DNA of 64,000 nt from the NCBI GenBank assembly GCA_041891055.1, contig CP169074.1, positions 1,376,001-1,440,000 of the forward strand, read 5' to 3'. Shown piece by piece: positions 1 through 9,740 of this stretch (positions within the stretch are counted from its first letter, which is position 1; each line of letters opens with the position of its first letter). Source of the DNA: Halorutilales archaeon Cl-col2-1. Lineage in GTDB: Archaea > Halobacteriota > Halobacteria > Halobacteriales > Afararchaeaceae. Position numbers and translations under genes: made by a program. The notes under the pieces were generated by a model. It searched no databases. It saw only the letters and a program-made list of their open reading frames with translations, and was not told the origin of the DNA.

Positions 1-371
1 CGAAGTTCCAGTGTGAGTGGGTCAACCTACGTGTAGAGACAACCGACTCACCCTTCACCTCGAAGTTCGAGGAGGGCGAAATAATACAGATACCCATCGC
101 ACACGCCGAGGGACGGTACATACCTGAGGACATCGACTCTCTCTACGACGACGACAGGATACTCTTCAAGTACGTCGACGAGAACGGGGAGGCGACAGAC
201 GAGGCGAATCCCAACGGAAGCATCGACAACATAGCCGGCGTCCTAGGAGAGAACAGAAACGTCGGAGTGATGATGCCACATCCCGAGCGTGCGAGCGACT
301 CTCTCATAGGAAGCGACGACGGCAGACGTGTATTCGAGGGCATGGTCGAGTCCGTGTCGGTCGACTCGTAA
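1..371 (+). CDS. purQ: Phosphoribosylformylglycinamidine synthase subunit PurQ (3' part, truncated by window edge)
   Basis: Manual translation from base 3: IPIAHAEGRY, NPNGS, GVMMPHPERA motifs; stop TAA 369-371. Confidence 0.93.
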   Translation, partial: KFQCEWVNLRVETTDSPFTSKFEEGEIIQIPIAHAEGRYIPEDIDSLYDDDRILFKYVDENGEATDEANPNGSIDNIAGVLGENRNVGVMMPHPERASDSLIGSDDGRRVFEGMVESVSVDS

Positions 372-463
372 GCTCCGATGTATAGGAGCCTGAAGAGTCC
401 ATCATGAGAGACGTAGCCGCGCTAAGATTTATATACCTATGACCTGTCTAAAGTAAGTTATAG

Positions 464-838
464 ATGGATAGGAGGCGCGCCGCAAATGTACTCGCTATAA
501 TACTGGTTCTGTCTGCGGTCTTCTACGTGAGTCTAGTCTTTTTCACCGAGTCGGACGTCGTAACCCGGAAGGACGGGGATCTCGAAACAAGAGGTGACGT
601 TCTCGCAGTCAAGGTAATTGCTCTGGCTTCGTTTTTAGTAGTCGCGATGATAGGACTCTATGTCCTCTTCGAGATAATGACTTACTCGAATCCTAACAGA
701 CGTATACGCAGACAGACACGTAGATACGTCTCGTGGAAGCTGAACCACGACTTCGCTTCGCCTCCGAGTATACAGATGTCATCCGTGGAGAAAGAAGAGG
801 AGACGGAGGAGGAAGACATCGAGTTCAGGAGATGGTGA
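464..838 (+). CDS. Hypothetical membrane protein (2 TM helices, acidic tail)
   Basis: Two hydrophobic segments; TTTATATA box about 30 nt upstream of the ATG. Confidence 0.7.
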   Translation: MDRRRAANVLAIILVLSAVFYVSLVFFTESDVVTRKDGDLETRGDVLAVKVIALASFLVVAMIGLYVLFEIMTYSNPNRRIRRQTRRYVSWKLNHDFASPPSIQMSSVEKEEETEEEDIEFRRW

Positions 839-909
839 CTATACGACTGAAGTATAACGCGACGTGACCGGAACACCTCAGAAAATATAAAGCCTTCTGG
901 TGTAGATAC

Positions 910-1920
910 GTGAGTATGGTAGACGTCGCTGTCAACGGTTACGGGACTATAGGGAAGAGAGTCGCCGACGCTGTCGACCGACAGGACGACATGGAGATCG
1001 TCGGTGTCGCCAAGACAAAGCCCAACTTCGAGGCTCGTCAGGCTGTCGATAAGGGCTATCCGCTCTATGCAGCCGTCGAGGATCGCGCCGACCTCTTCGA
1101 GGACGCGGGGATAGAGATAGAGGGCATGGTGTCGGAGATGGTCGAGACCGCAGACGTCGTAGTCGACGCGACACCCTCGGGAGTCGGCGAACAGAACGCC
1201 TCGATGTACGAGGAAGCCGACACGAAGTACATACTCCAGGGAGGAGAGGACGACGGAATAGCCGAGAAGAGCTTCGTCGCCGAGGTCAACTACGACGACT
1301 GCGTCGACGCCGACTCTCTACGTGTCGTCTCGTGTAACACCACGGGTCTCTCGCGTCTCATAGAGCCTCTCAAGGAGAGTTTCGGCGTCGGAACTGTACG
1401 AGCGACACTCGTGAGACGGGGTGGCGACCCCTCACAGCACGGACGCGGTCCCATAAACGACATACTCCCGAATCCCGTCGGTCTCCCGTCCCACCACGGG
1501 CCCGACGTCCAAACAGTACTCCCCGACGTAGACATATTCACTACGGGTCTCAAGGTTCCCGCGACACTGATGCATATGCACTCGGTCAACATAGAGGTCG
1601 GAGACGTGACTGAGGAAGAGATAATAGAGACACTCGGGGACGAGTCACGTATACGGTTCGTATCGGAGGAGAAAGGGGTGTCGAGCACAGGTGAGATAAA
1701 AGAGATGATGAAAGACATCGGACGCCCTCGCGGCGACGCGTGGGAGAACTGCGTCTGGAAGGACTCGATAACTGTCGAGGACGGAGAGCTCTACCTCTTC
1801 CAGGCGATACACCAGGAGAGCGACGTCGTCCCCGAGAACGTCGACGCGATAAGAGCCATGACGGGCTTCGAGGACGGAGAAGAGAGCATACGTAAGACGG
1901 ACGACGCGATAGGTCTTTAG
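910..1920 (+). CDS. gap: Archaeal-type (type II) glyceraldehyde-3-phosphate dehydrogenase
   Basis: [15 protein letters not shown], catalytic [27 protein letters not shown]. Confidence 0.95.
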   Translation: MSMVDVAVNGYGTIGKRVADAVDRQDDMEIVGVAKTKPNFEARQAVDKGYPLYAAVEDRADLFEDAGIEIEGMVSEMVETADVVVDATPSGVGEQNASMYEEADTKYILQGGEDDGIAEKSFVAEVNYDDCVDADSLRVVSCNTTGLSRLIEPLKESFGVGTVRATLVRRGGDPSQHGRGPINDILPNPVGLPSHHGPDVQTVLPDVDIFTTGLKVPATLMHMHSVNIEVGDVTEEEIIETLGDESRIRFVSEEKGVSSTGEIKEMMKDIGRPRGDAWENCVWKDSITVEDGELYLFQAIHQESDVVPENVDAIRAMTGFEDGEESIRKTDDAIGL

Positions 1921-1986
1921 GCAGGGCAGGTCGGAGCCTATCAGTTCGGATTCATCTCTATTTTCTGACACATTTAGACGAGTCAG

Positions 1987-2002
1987 ACAAGATATATAGT
2001 GG
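1987..2002 (+). promoter_or_regulatory. Candidate NrdR-box-like site / TATA region upstream of nrdJ
   Basis: ACAAGATATATAGTGG matches 13/16 of the bacterial NrdR consensus acaCwAtATaTwGtgt. Confidence 0.35.
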
Positions 2003-2042
2003 CTGAGAATCATGGTTAGATGGATCTTAACGAGGTGTAAAT

Positions 2043-5000
2043 TTGAGCAAGAGCCAGCAGTCTGTCGATTTACCAATCAAACGAGTTACGGGGGAAAGCT
2101 TAGAGGAACGTCTTACGGAGAACGCCTACAACAGGATTCTTCCCGCGAGATACCTCAAAAAGGACGAGGACGGCGAGATAGTCGAGGAGCCGGAGGATCT
2201 CTTCGAGCGCGTCGCTAAGAACATCGCGCTCGCAGACGCAGTCTATGCAGCCGACGAGCTAGACAGGGAGATCTATGTGACTCCCGACCAGGTCAAGCCC
2301 GACCACTCGAACCGAGAGGGGATAATAGACGAAGTCTTCGGCAATGACGACGACGGAGAGTCAGTCGTCAAGCTGACCGAGGACAACGTCAAGAAGTTCG
2401 CCTACGACGAGGTAGTTCCCGAGCTACACGACGAGATACGTGAGAGGGTCGAGGAGACTCGCGAGGAGTTCCAGGAGGCTATGGAGGGACTCTCGTTCAT
2501 ACCCAACTCGCCGACTCTGATGAACGCGGGCGACGAGCTACAGCAGCTATCGGCGTGTTTCGTCGACTCGCCCGACGACGACATACTCGACATACACGAG
2601 ACCGAGAAGGAGGCGGCGGCTGTCTTCCAGAGCGGCGGCGGAATGGGGTATGCATTCTGGAAGCTACGTCCGTACGGCGATCCCGTTGGATCGACCGGAG
2701 GCATCGCATCGGGTCCGATCACGTTTATGCGTACATACGATCAGATGTGTGAGACGATAGCACAGGGAGGCACCCGTAGAGGAGCCCAGATGGGAGTGAT
2801 GAGGGTCTCACATCCCGACGTGATCCAGTTCATACACGCGAAGAACAAGGACGTCTCTCTCGCACACACGTTACGTCTCAACGACCCCGACGACTACACA
2901 CACAACAGCTTCACCGAGGCACTCGACGAGGCGCGCGAACTCATAGACGACGAGGGACGTGTCCCCGAGCATCTCAGGAACGCAGCAGAGGGGCATCTCT
3001 CGAACTTCAACATCTCGGTCGGAGTCACCGACGGATTCATGGAGGCTCTCGAAAACGGAGAGGAGTTCACCTTCACGAATCCGAGAACCGAGGAGCCCCA
3101 CATAGCCACCGAACACACGAAGGAGCTCTACGACAGGTTCGGCTTAGGGGAATACGTCGAGGTCGGCGAGGAGCTCTCAGTCCCCGCACAGGAAATCTGG
3201 GACAGGATAGTCGAGGGCGCCCACGAGAACGGAGAGCCCGGGGTTATCTACCTGGAGAGAGTCAACAAAGAGCACTCGTTCGACGTAGACTTATTTCCAG
3301 AACATAGAATACTTGCAACAAACCCCTGTGGCGAGCAACCCTTGGAGGAGTACGAGGCGTGTAACCTCGGACATATCAACCTCTCGACGCTCGCGGCGGA
3401 GGACGCGCCCCACTGGAAGGACTGGCGTGAGAGCCACGACGACCTCGACCTCGAAGAAGCCGTCGGGAGATTCATCGAGGAGGGCGTCGATCTCGACGAG
3501 CTCGACAGACGTATAGATACGAGTACCCATTTCCTCGACAACGTCGTCACGATGTCCGACTTCCCCATAGACGAGATAGAGGAGAAGGTCTCCTCGATGA
3601 GGAAGATCGGACTCGGAATAATGGGTCTCGCACAGCTCTACATACAGCTCGGAGTCGAGTACGGAAGCGAGCCCGCCAACGAGATGGCGCGTCAGATAAT
3701 GACGCGTATCAACCACGGATCGAAGTCGAAATCACACGAACTCGCACAAGAGCGCGGCAGGTTCGACGAGTGGGACAACTCGAAGTACGCGAACCCGACA
3801 GAGTACCGCGACTGGTTCGAGAAACAGACTGGAGAGTCCGCAGACGACTGGGAGGACGGCTATCCCCTCAGGAACCACAACACGACGACAATCGCCCCTA
3901 CGGGATGTGTCGACGAGGACTCGCTCGTCTCGACTGACGAGGGTCTGCGCTCCATCAAGGATCTCGATAACACAGGTGCGGAGTTCGAACAGTGGGGTGA
4001 GATAGACGAAGGTGTCACCACAGACGGAGGTACGAAGACAGCAACTGCAGTCTACGACAACGGCTTCGCAGACGTGCGACGTGTAGAGACAGAAGGCGGA
4101 TTCAGTGTCGCCGCGACTCCGAACCACAGGTTCCGGACACTCACTCAAGAAGCCGAGTACACGTGGAAGGAAGCAGACAGCTTCGAGACCGGAGACAGGA
4201 TAGTGCTCCAGCGTAACACCTTCGACAGTAGTTCGCGCGCGAGACTCGACACAAGCGAACGCGATAACTTCCACCACAACACAGACGAGAGCCTCGTACT
4301 TCCCGAAGAGATGTCACCCGAGCTAGCCGAGTTCTTAGGCTACTTCATGGGCGACGGCTATGTCCACGAAGGGGTCGGTGTGAAGCTCGTCGTCGAGTCC
4401 GACGCCGAGAAACTCGACGAATACCTGCGTGACCTCGGTGAGTCAGTCTTCGGAGTGACGCCGACTGTCGAGAGACGTGACACGCGTCACATGCTCACCT
4501 TTGGCGGGCGGCATCTCCCGCGGTACTTCGAGAACAACGGCTGGAAGAAGGACGACGGAAATAGAGGCGAGGGTGCCGCAACTGCGTTCGTGCCCGACGA
4601 GGTTCTGAGTAGTGACGAGGACTGTGCGAAGGCGTTCTTGCGCGGGCTCTTCGAGGCGGACGGCACGGCTTCGCGGAAAGTAGAACTCTCGACTGTCTCG
4701 GAGACGCTTGCCGACGAGGTACAGACAGTTCTCCTCTCGCTCGGCTGTGTCTTCGTGCAGGACGTGCTTGAGACAGAAGAAATAGACGACCACTACGGTG
4801 ACAGACCACAGTATACTGTCCGGGGGGCAAACAAGCGCGAGGATAAGCGTTTCCTCGAAGAGATCGGCTTCATAACGAAGACGACTGAGATAGAGCTCAC
4901 ATCCCAGTCGTACAAAAACGACACGTACCCACCCGCTGTGGTCGAACACCTCCGTAGCCTCGACGGCTACGAGGAGATCAGCGAAGAGACGAAACACAGG

Positions 5001-6410
5001 GTAAACCAGTCAGTCATAAACGGCTCAGTCAGTCGGAAGCTCGTGCGTGACGTCGAGAAGGAGACAGGCGAGACGGTACGTGTCGACGGTCGGCGTCTGA
5101 CTGATTTCTACGCCGCACCCGTCGAGTCGGTTACTGAAGAGGTTGCATACACCAAAGACATCAGTGTCCCGTCGAACAACACGTATGTCGCAAACGGATT
5201 CGTGACCCACAATACCACCTCGATGATCGGCAACACTACGGGAGGCTGTGAGCCGATCTACAACGTCGCCTACTACAAGAACGTGAGCGACGACGTCCAG
5301 GGAGACGAGATGCTCGTCGAGTTCGACGACTACTTCCTCAGGACGCTTGAGGAGAACGAGATAGACGTCGACGAGGTCAAGGAGGAAGCGAAGGAACAGA
5401 TGTCGAACAACGACTTCGACGGAATCGACGGTCTCTCGACAGTCCCCGACGAGATCAGCAGCCTCTTCGTGACTACACAGGATCTCACGGGCAAGGAGCA
5501 CGCGAGCGTTCAGTGTGCTCTCCAGGACGGAGTCGACTCGTCGATCTCTAAGACGTGTAACTTCCCCAACGACGCCACAGTCGACGAGATGGAGGAGGTC
5601 TACCGTTACATCTACGAGAACGGCGGAAAGGGAGTCACCGTCTACCGCGACGGAACCAGGTCGAAGCAGGTTCTCACGACACGCGCCGACAACAAGCTCG
5701 GTTCGGACGCAGACAACGACGCTCTGATACAGGAGCTACGTGACCGCGTCGAGACGGGCGAGATAGACTCCGAGGAGGTCATAGAGGAGATAGCTGCGAC
5801 CGACTCGACCGAGGTCGAGATAAAGGAGACGGAAAAGAGTAGAATAAGCGCGGGAGAGAGGGAGCCGCGTCCACGTCCCGACACTATACAGGGAACGACA
5901 CAGAAGATCGACACGTCGTACGGCGGTCTCTATGTCACGATAAACGAGGACGACGAAGGTATGTTCGAGGTCTTCACCCAGATAGGCAAGTCGGGTGGAT
6001 ACACGGCGTCTTTCACAGAGGCGATAGCACGTCTCCTGTCGCTGTGTCTCAGGTCGGGCATACCTGCCGAACAGGTCATAGACCAGCTTGAGGGCATACG
6101 TTCGCCGAAGGTCTCGTGGGACAGGGGCGAACAGATACACTCGGTTCCCGACGCGATTGCGAAGGCGATGCAGAGACACCGCAACGACGAGATAGACGTC
6201 TCACCCGTCCAGTCACAGCTTCCCGTAGAGGAAGAGAAGGAAGACGAGGAGACGGAGGAGACTGAGACAGAGACCGACGACAGCGGAAAGTCGGACTTCG
6301 AACAGCTCGTCCAGAACGGCATGAACCCCGAGTGTCCCGACTGCGGATCACAGCTCACCTACAGCGAGGGCTGTGTCAAGTGCGAGGAGTGCGGCTACTC
6401 CGAGTGTTAA
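2043..6410 (+). CDS. nrdJ: Adenosylcobalamin-dependent class II ribonucleotide reductase, intein-containing, with C-terminal TSCPD domain and Zn ribbon
   Basis: PNSPTLMNAG, SACF, TNPCGEQ, EACNLG, IAPTG^TTS, SISKT; C-terminal CPDC...CEECGYSEC; TTG start. Confidence 0.95.
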   Translation: MSKSQQSVDLPIKRVTGESLEERLTENAYNRILPARYLKKDEDGEIVEEPEDLFERVAKNIALADAVYAADELDREIYVTPDQVKPDHSNREGIIDEVFGNDDDGESVVKLTEDNVKKFAYDEVVPELHDEIRERVEETREEFQEAMEGLSFIPNSPTLMNAGDELQQLSACFVDSPDDDILDIHETEKEAAAVFQSGGGMGYAFWKLRPYGDPVGSTGGIASGPITFMRTYDQMCETIAQGGTRRGAQMGVMRVSHPDVIQFIHAKNKDVSLAHTLRLNDPDDYTHNSFTEALDEARELIDDEGRVPEHLRNAAEGHLSNFNISVGVTDGFMEALENGEEFTFTNPRTEEPHIATEHTKELYDRFGLGEYVEVGEELSVPAQEIWDRIVEGAHENGEPGVIYLERVNKEHSFDVDLFPEHRILATNPCGEQPLEEYEACNLGHINLSTLAAEDAPHWKDWRESHDDLDLEEAVGRFIEEGVDLDELDRRIDTSTHFLDNVVTMSDFPIDEIEEKVSSMRKIGLGIMGLAQLYIQLGVEYGSEPANEMARQIMTRINHGSKSKSHELAQERGRFDEWDNSKYANPTEYRDWFEKQTGESADDWEDGYPLRNHNTTTIAPTGCVDEDSLVSTDEGLRSIKDLDNTGAEFEQWGEIDEGVTTDGGTKTATAVYDNGFADVRRVETEGGFSVAATPNHRFRTLTQEAEYTWKEADSFETGDRIVLQRNTFDSSSRARLDTSERDNFHHNTDESLVLPEEMSPELAEFLGYFMGDGYVHEGVGVKLVVESDAEKLDEYLRDLGESVFGVTPTVERRDTRHMLTFGGRHLPRYFENNGWKKDDGNRGEGAATAFVPDEVLSSDEDCAKAFLRGLFEADGTASRKVELSTVSETLADEVQTVLLSLGCVFVQDVLETEEIDDHYGDRPQYTVRGANKREDKRFLEEIGFITKTTEIELTSQSYKNDTYPPAVVEHLRSLDGYEEISEETKHRVNQSVINGSVSRKLVRDVEKETGETVRVDGRRLTDFYAAPVESVTEEVAYTKDISVPSNNTYVANGFVTHNTTSMIGNTTGGCEPIYNVAYYKNVSDDVQGDEMLVEFDDYFLRTLEENEIDVDEVKEEAKEQMSNNDFDGIDGLSTVPDEISSLFVTTQDLTGKEHASVQCALQDGVDSSISKTCNFPNDATVDEMEEVYRYIYENGGKGVTVYRDGTRSKQVLTTRADNKLGSDADNDALIQELRDRVETGEIDSEEVIEEIAATDSTEVEIKETEKSRISAGEREPRPRPDTIQGTTQKIDTSYGGLYVTINEDDEGMFEVFTQIGKSGGYTASFTEAIARLLSLCLRSGIPAEQVIDQLEGIRSPKVSWDRGEQIHSVPDAIAKAMQRHRNDEIDVSPVQSQLPVEEEKEDEETEETETETDDSGKSDFEQLVQNGMNPECPDCGSQLTYSEGCVKCEECGYSEC
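3906..5213 (+). mobile_element. Intein (436 aa) with LAGLIDADG homing endonuclease in NrdJ
   Basis: N-terminal CVDEDS, block B ATPNHRF, LAGLIDADG helices FLGYFMGDG and FLRGLFEADG, C-terminal VTHN followed by Thr; removal restores IAPTG-TTSMIG. Confidence 0.95.
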
Positions 6411-6450
6411 GTAGGAGTAGGAAGAAAATCTGTTCTCTTTTTTGACTTAA

Positions 6451-6828
6451 CTACTCTTCGACAGGAAATGTCTCGTGAAGCTTCTCGTGTGAGTCGCTCA
6501 GACCCTCGAAGAAGGTCTCGGCGTTTTCGGAGAGACGTTCGACAGTCTTCTCGGTCTCTCTCAGAGTGAGTAAGAGACCGCGGAGGTACTCGTAGTCATC
6601 GCGCGACTCGTCGGCGTTTGCGACCTTGTCCTCTAGGTCGACTATCGCGGCGTCGAGATGTCTCTGTATCTCCGAGAGACTCTCGGCGTTCGCGAGTGCC
6701 TTGAGAGGACCGTCTTCTTCGAGTGCGTCTCCGAGCTCCTTCTCGGCGTGTCTCTCCGCTGACCTGTCTTCTATACCTATCACGTTCATGAGTCCGAGTC
6801 TGAGTGCTTCTATCTCTTGGCAGGACAT
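6451..6828 (-). CDS. DUF3209-like protein (associated with cobalamin biosynthesis clusters)
   Basis: MSCQEIEALRLGLMNVIG N-terminus typical of this family; follows cbiX. Confidence 0.75.
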   Translation of the reverse strand: MSCQEIEALRLGLMNVIGIEDRSAERHAEKELGDALEEDGPLKALANAESLSEIQRHLDAAIVDLEDKVANADESRDDYEYLRGLLLTLRETEKTVERLSENAETFFEGLSDSHEKLHETFPVEE

Positions 6829-6861
6829 GGTTTGGATTTGTCTTATGTTGTGTGTTGTCTA

Positions 6862-8052
6862 TTATATTATCTGATCCACGAGTCTTCCGACGACCTCGTC
6901 GTCCTCGAAGTGGCTCCGGGCGATCTCGTCGGCGTCCTCCTCGTCGACACCGCTGTACCAGACTCCATCAGGGTAGACGGCGACCATCGGACCGTCGCCA
7001 CATCTCCCGAGACACGACGACCGTGTTATCTTGACGTCGTCGTCCGACTCGTTCCTCAGGCTTTCAAGGACTTCGAGAGAGCCTTGTTTCGCACACGTCT
7101 GGTTGGTACAGACGACGGCGTGTTTCGACTGTCTGTCGTGGACGTGTGGGTCGTCGTCGACCTCGTCCCTGTATGAGTGTTCGACCTTGTTCGAGAGGGC
7201 GCGCATTCTGGCTCGCGCGCCGCCTAAGTCGTCCTCGAATCCTTCGAGCTCTACCTTGTACTTACACGTGTCACACGACATCTCGACCGACTCGCCCCTC
7301 GCCTCCTCCCATCTGTCTATCAGAGCCTCGATTACCTTGTCGTCAGTTCCTATGTGTCCGCCCGACTCGACGTCCATGTAGGGGTAACGCGAGTCGAACT
7401 CCTCGGCGGTATCGTGTATCCTCTGTGTCAGGACGCCGTCACCGAGCATGTAAGGCACGACTACGACGGCGTCTGGGCGCGACTTAGAGACGGTGTGTAG
7501 AGTCTCGTCTAAGAGAGGCTGAGTGATCCCTATGAAAGACGTCTCGACGTCGTACTCCCTACCTTCGTAGACGAGACGTGACAGCTTGTGTGCGTCGGCG
7601 TTTGCGTCGGGGTCGCTCGACCCTCGCGCACAGAGTACGACGGTCAAGTCGTCGTCGTCTCTATCGATACCCGTCTCGTCCTCGACGGCAGCGACGCGGT
7701 CGTCGACTATCTCAGCCATCGAGGGATGGACTCCGAGATGGCGTCCGTAGTAGAACTCCGTCTCGGGGTTGCGCGAGCGCGCCTGGTTAACCTCAAGCGA
7801 GACGTCGTTCTTGACGTGGCTAGCACCGAAGAGAGAGAAGGGTATGACAGTCACCGAGTCGTACTCGTCGGCAGCCTCGTCTGCGGCGTCCTCTATAGAG
7901 GGTTCGGCGAGCTCTATGAAGCCCGTCTTGACCTCGATCCCCAGGCTGTCTTGGAGCATCGACGCCATCCGCCGTACCTGCTGGTTCGACTCCTCCCTGC
8001 GTGAGCCGTGTCCGACGAGAACCACACAGTCGCCGCCCGAGTTCAAACTCAT
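6862..8052 (-). CDS. cbiX: CbiX/SirB cobaltochelatase with C-terminal thioredoxin-like [2Fe-2S] ferredoxin domain
   Basis: GHGSR, GFIELAEP, HVKND, second repeat RGSSDPDAN, MSCDTCKY, VCTNQTC...SSCLGRCGDGPMVAVYPDGVWY. Confidence 0.88.
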   Translation of the reverse strand: MSLNSGGDCVVLVGHGSRREESNQQVRRMASMLQDSLGIEVKTGFIELAEPSIEDAADEAADEYDSVTVIPFSLFGASHVKNDVSLEVNQARSRNPETEFYYGRHLGVHPSMAEIVDDRVAAVEDETGIDRDDDDLTVVLCARGSSDPDANADAHKLSRLVYEGREYDVETSFIGITQPLLDETLHTVSKSRPDAVVVVPYMLGDGVLTQRIHDTAEEFDSRYPYMDVESGGHIGTDDKVIEALIDRWEEARGESVEMSCDTCKYKVELEGFEDDLGGARARMRALSNKVEHSYRDEVDDDPHVHDRQSKHAVVCTNQTCAKQGSLEVLESLRNESDDDVKITRSSCLGRCGDGPMVAVYPDGVWYSGVDEEDADEIARSHFEDDEVVGRLVDQII

Positions 8053-8059
8053 TTTATGT

Positions 8060-8079
8060 AGTACAACTGTATTTGTACT
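8060..8079. promoter_or_regulatory. 7-6-7 inverted repeat directly upstream of cbiX (candidate operator)
   Basis: AGTACAA-CTGTAT-TTGTACT, 7 nt from the ATG. Confidence 0.4.
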
Positions 8080-8084
8080 CAGAA

Positions 8085-8780
8085 TTACTTAAAGTATGTG
8101 GAAGAGTACCAGAGGAGAGCGACCGACGTACCCGAGACGGTAGCCACGGCGAGGACGTGTCCCACGAGCGCGACGACGAGAAGACGGCTCTCCAGGATTA
8201 TAGGAAGCAGGAGAAGCTGTGCGGCGGCGAAGCCTATGTTGACTGTGTCGGCGTAAGCGTACTCGCGCGGGGAGTCGAAGGAGTACCCCGAGACGTACCA
8301 GTATGACCTCCAGAGACCTATGAGGCTAGCCCACCACGCCGTTCCTATACGGTAGCACAGATCCCACGCTATGAGGAGAGCAACATAGACGAGGGGCGCA
8401 GGTGGGTCTTCTCCGAGTACCGAACTCAAGAATCCCGGATCGACTACGAAGACGTAGGTCACGAAGCCCGTGAAAGCTAGTAAACCGAGAACGACCTCTA
8501 TGCTAGTGTCGAAGAGAAGCGCCCTGTACTCCTCGGGAGAGTCGAGAGAACGCACCGACTCACCGAGGTAGAGCATGAAGCCGCTACCCACGACTGCGAC
8601 GAATACCGAGAGGGTGCCCGGAACGAGTATACGCGGAAGCTCGTATACGAACGCCAGAAAGACGATGACAGCCTCAAAGACTGCGAACTGGACGATGAGG
8701 GCACCCGTCTCAGAGAGTGACAGACCCGGGAACTCACTGACTATGCTCTCGTAGACCCACGTGTCCTCTCCACGGTTCAT
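8085..8780 (-). CDS. Multi-pass membrane protein, coupled to the upstream SDR
   Basis: About 6 hydrophobic segments; ATGA overlap with the upstream gene. Confidence 0.8.
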   Translation of the reverse strand: MNRGEDTWVYESIVSEFPGLSLSETGALIVQFAVFEAVIVFLAFVYELPRILVPGTLSVFVAVVGSGFMLYLGESVRSLDSPEEYRALLFDTSIEVVLGLLAFTGFVTYVFVVDPGFLSSVLGEDPPAPLVYVALLIAWDLCYRIGTAWWASLIGLWRSYWYVSGYSFDSPREYAYADTVNIGFAAAQLLLLPIILESRLLVVALVGHVLAVATVSGTSVALLWYSSTYFK

Positions 8781-9703
8781 TCTGCTTCTTCCTCGTCTTC
8801 GTTGAGGGGAAGAACAGCGCGCTGTATAGCTACGTCGATTGGTGTCCGGTTTACGTCGACGTGTTCGAGTATACGCTGTTCGCGTGCCACGACGGGGTTC
8901 TTGAGACCGAGTATGAGAGGATGTGTGACTGATCTCGGGACATCAGTGACGAGACTGACCCAGTAGGTCGAGAGTCCCGGGGTGAGGAGGGGGACGGGAA
9001 GTATGACAGGAGTTATACGTCTTCCGACGAGCCTCGCCGTCTTCTTCAGAACCTCCGCATAAGTAAAGACGTCTGGTCCGCCTATGTCGTACGACTCGCC
9101 CGCTGTCTCGGGTGCTTCTAAGACCCCAACGAGAAAATCGACGGCGTCACCTATCCCGATCGGCTGACACGGAGTGAGGAGCCACTTAGGTGTCACCATC
9201 ACGGGAAGATTCTCGACGAGTTGGCGTATTATAGCGAAGCTCGCGCTTCCATCTCCGACGATTATCGCCGCCCGTAGTGTAGTGAGGTCGTAGTCTGCGT
9301 CTTCGAGAACCTCCTCGACCTCACGTCTCGACGAGAGATGTTCTGAGAGTCCTTTCTTGACCTCGGCGAGTGCTCCCAAGTAGACGACCCTGTCGACGCC
9401 TGCCGACTCGGCGGCTTGGGTGAAGTTACGCGCTATCTTCTTGTCGCGCTCGGCGAACTCCTCCCCCGCCTTGAGCGAGTGGACAAGATAGTAAGACGCG
9501 TCGACTCCGTCGAAATTTCCTTCGAGCGTCTCGGGTTCGAGGAGGTCTCCCTCGACGACCTCGATCTCGTCGTCTACCTCAGACGGCGGCTCGTAGGTCT
9601 CGGGGTCACGTACCATCGCCCTTACTTCGTGTCCCGACTCGACGAGTGAGGGTATCAGGTTACTTCCGACGAAGCCCGAGGCTCCCGTGACAAGGACTCT
9701 CAT
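8777..9703 (-). CDS. NAD(P)-binding atypical SDR / epimerase family (YbjT-like)
   Basis: VTGASGFVGS, YYLVHSL, HLSSRREVE, LRAAIIVGDGSASF. Confidence 0.88.
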   Translation of the reverse strand: MRVLVTGASGFVGSNLIPSLVESGHEVRAMVRDPETYEPPSEVDDEIEVVEGDLLEPETLEGNFDGVDASYYLVHSLKAGEEFAERDKKIARNFTQAAESAGVDRVVYLGALAEVKKGLSEHLSSRREVEEVLEDADYDLTTLRAAIIVGDGSASFAIIRQLVENLPVMVTPKWLLTPCQPIGIGDAVDFLVGVLEAPETAGESYDIGGPDVFTYAEVLKKTARLVGRRITPVILPVPLLTPGLSTYWVSLVTDVPRSVTHPLILGLKNPVVAREQRILEHVDVNRTPIDVAIQRAVLPLNEDEEEAE

Positions 9704-9740
9704 GTTCTTGTTCCTTAGTCGGACTCCGAGTATAAAAAGA

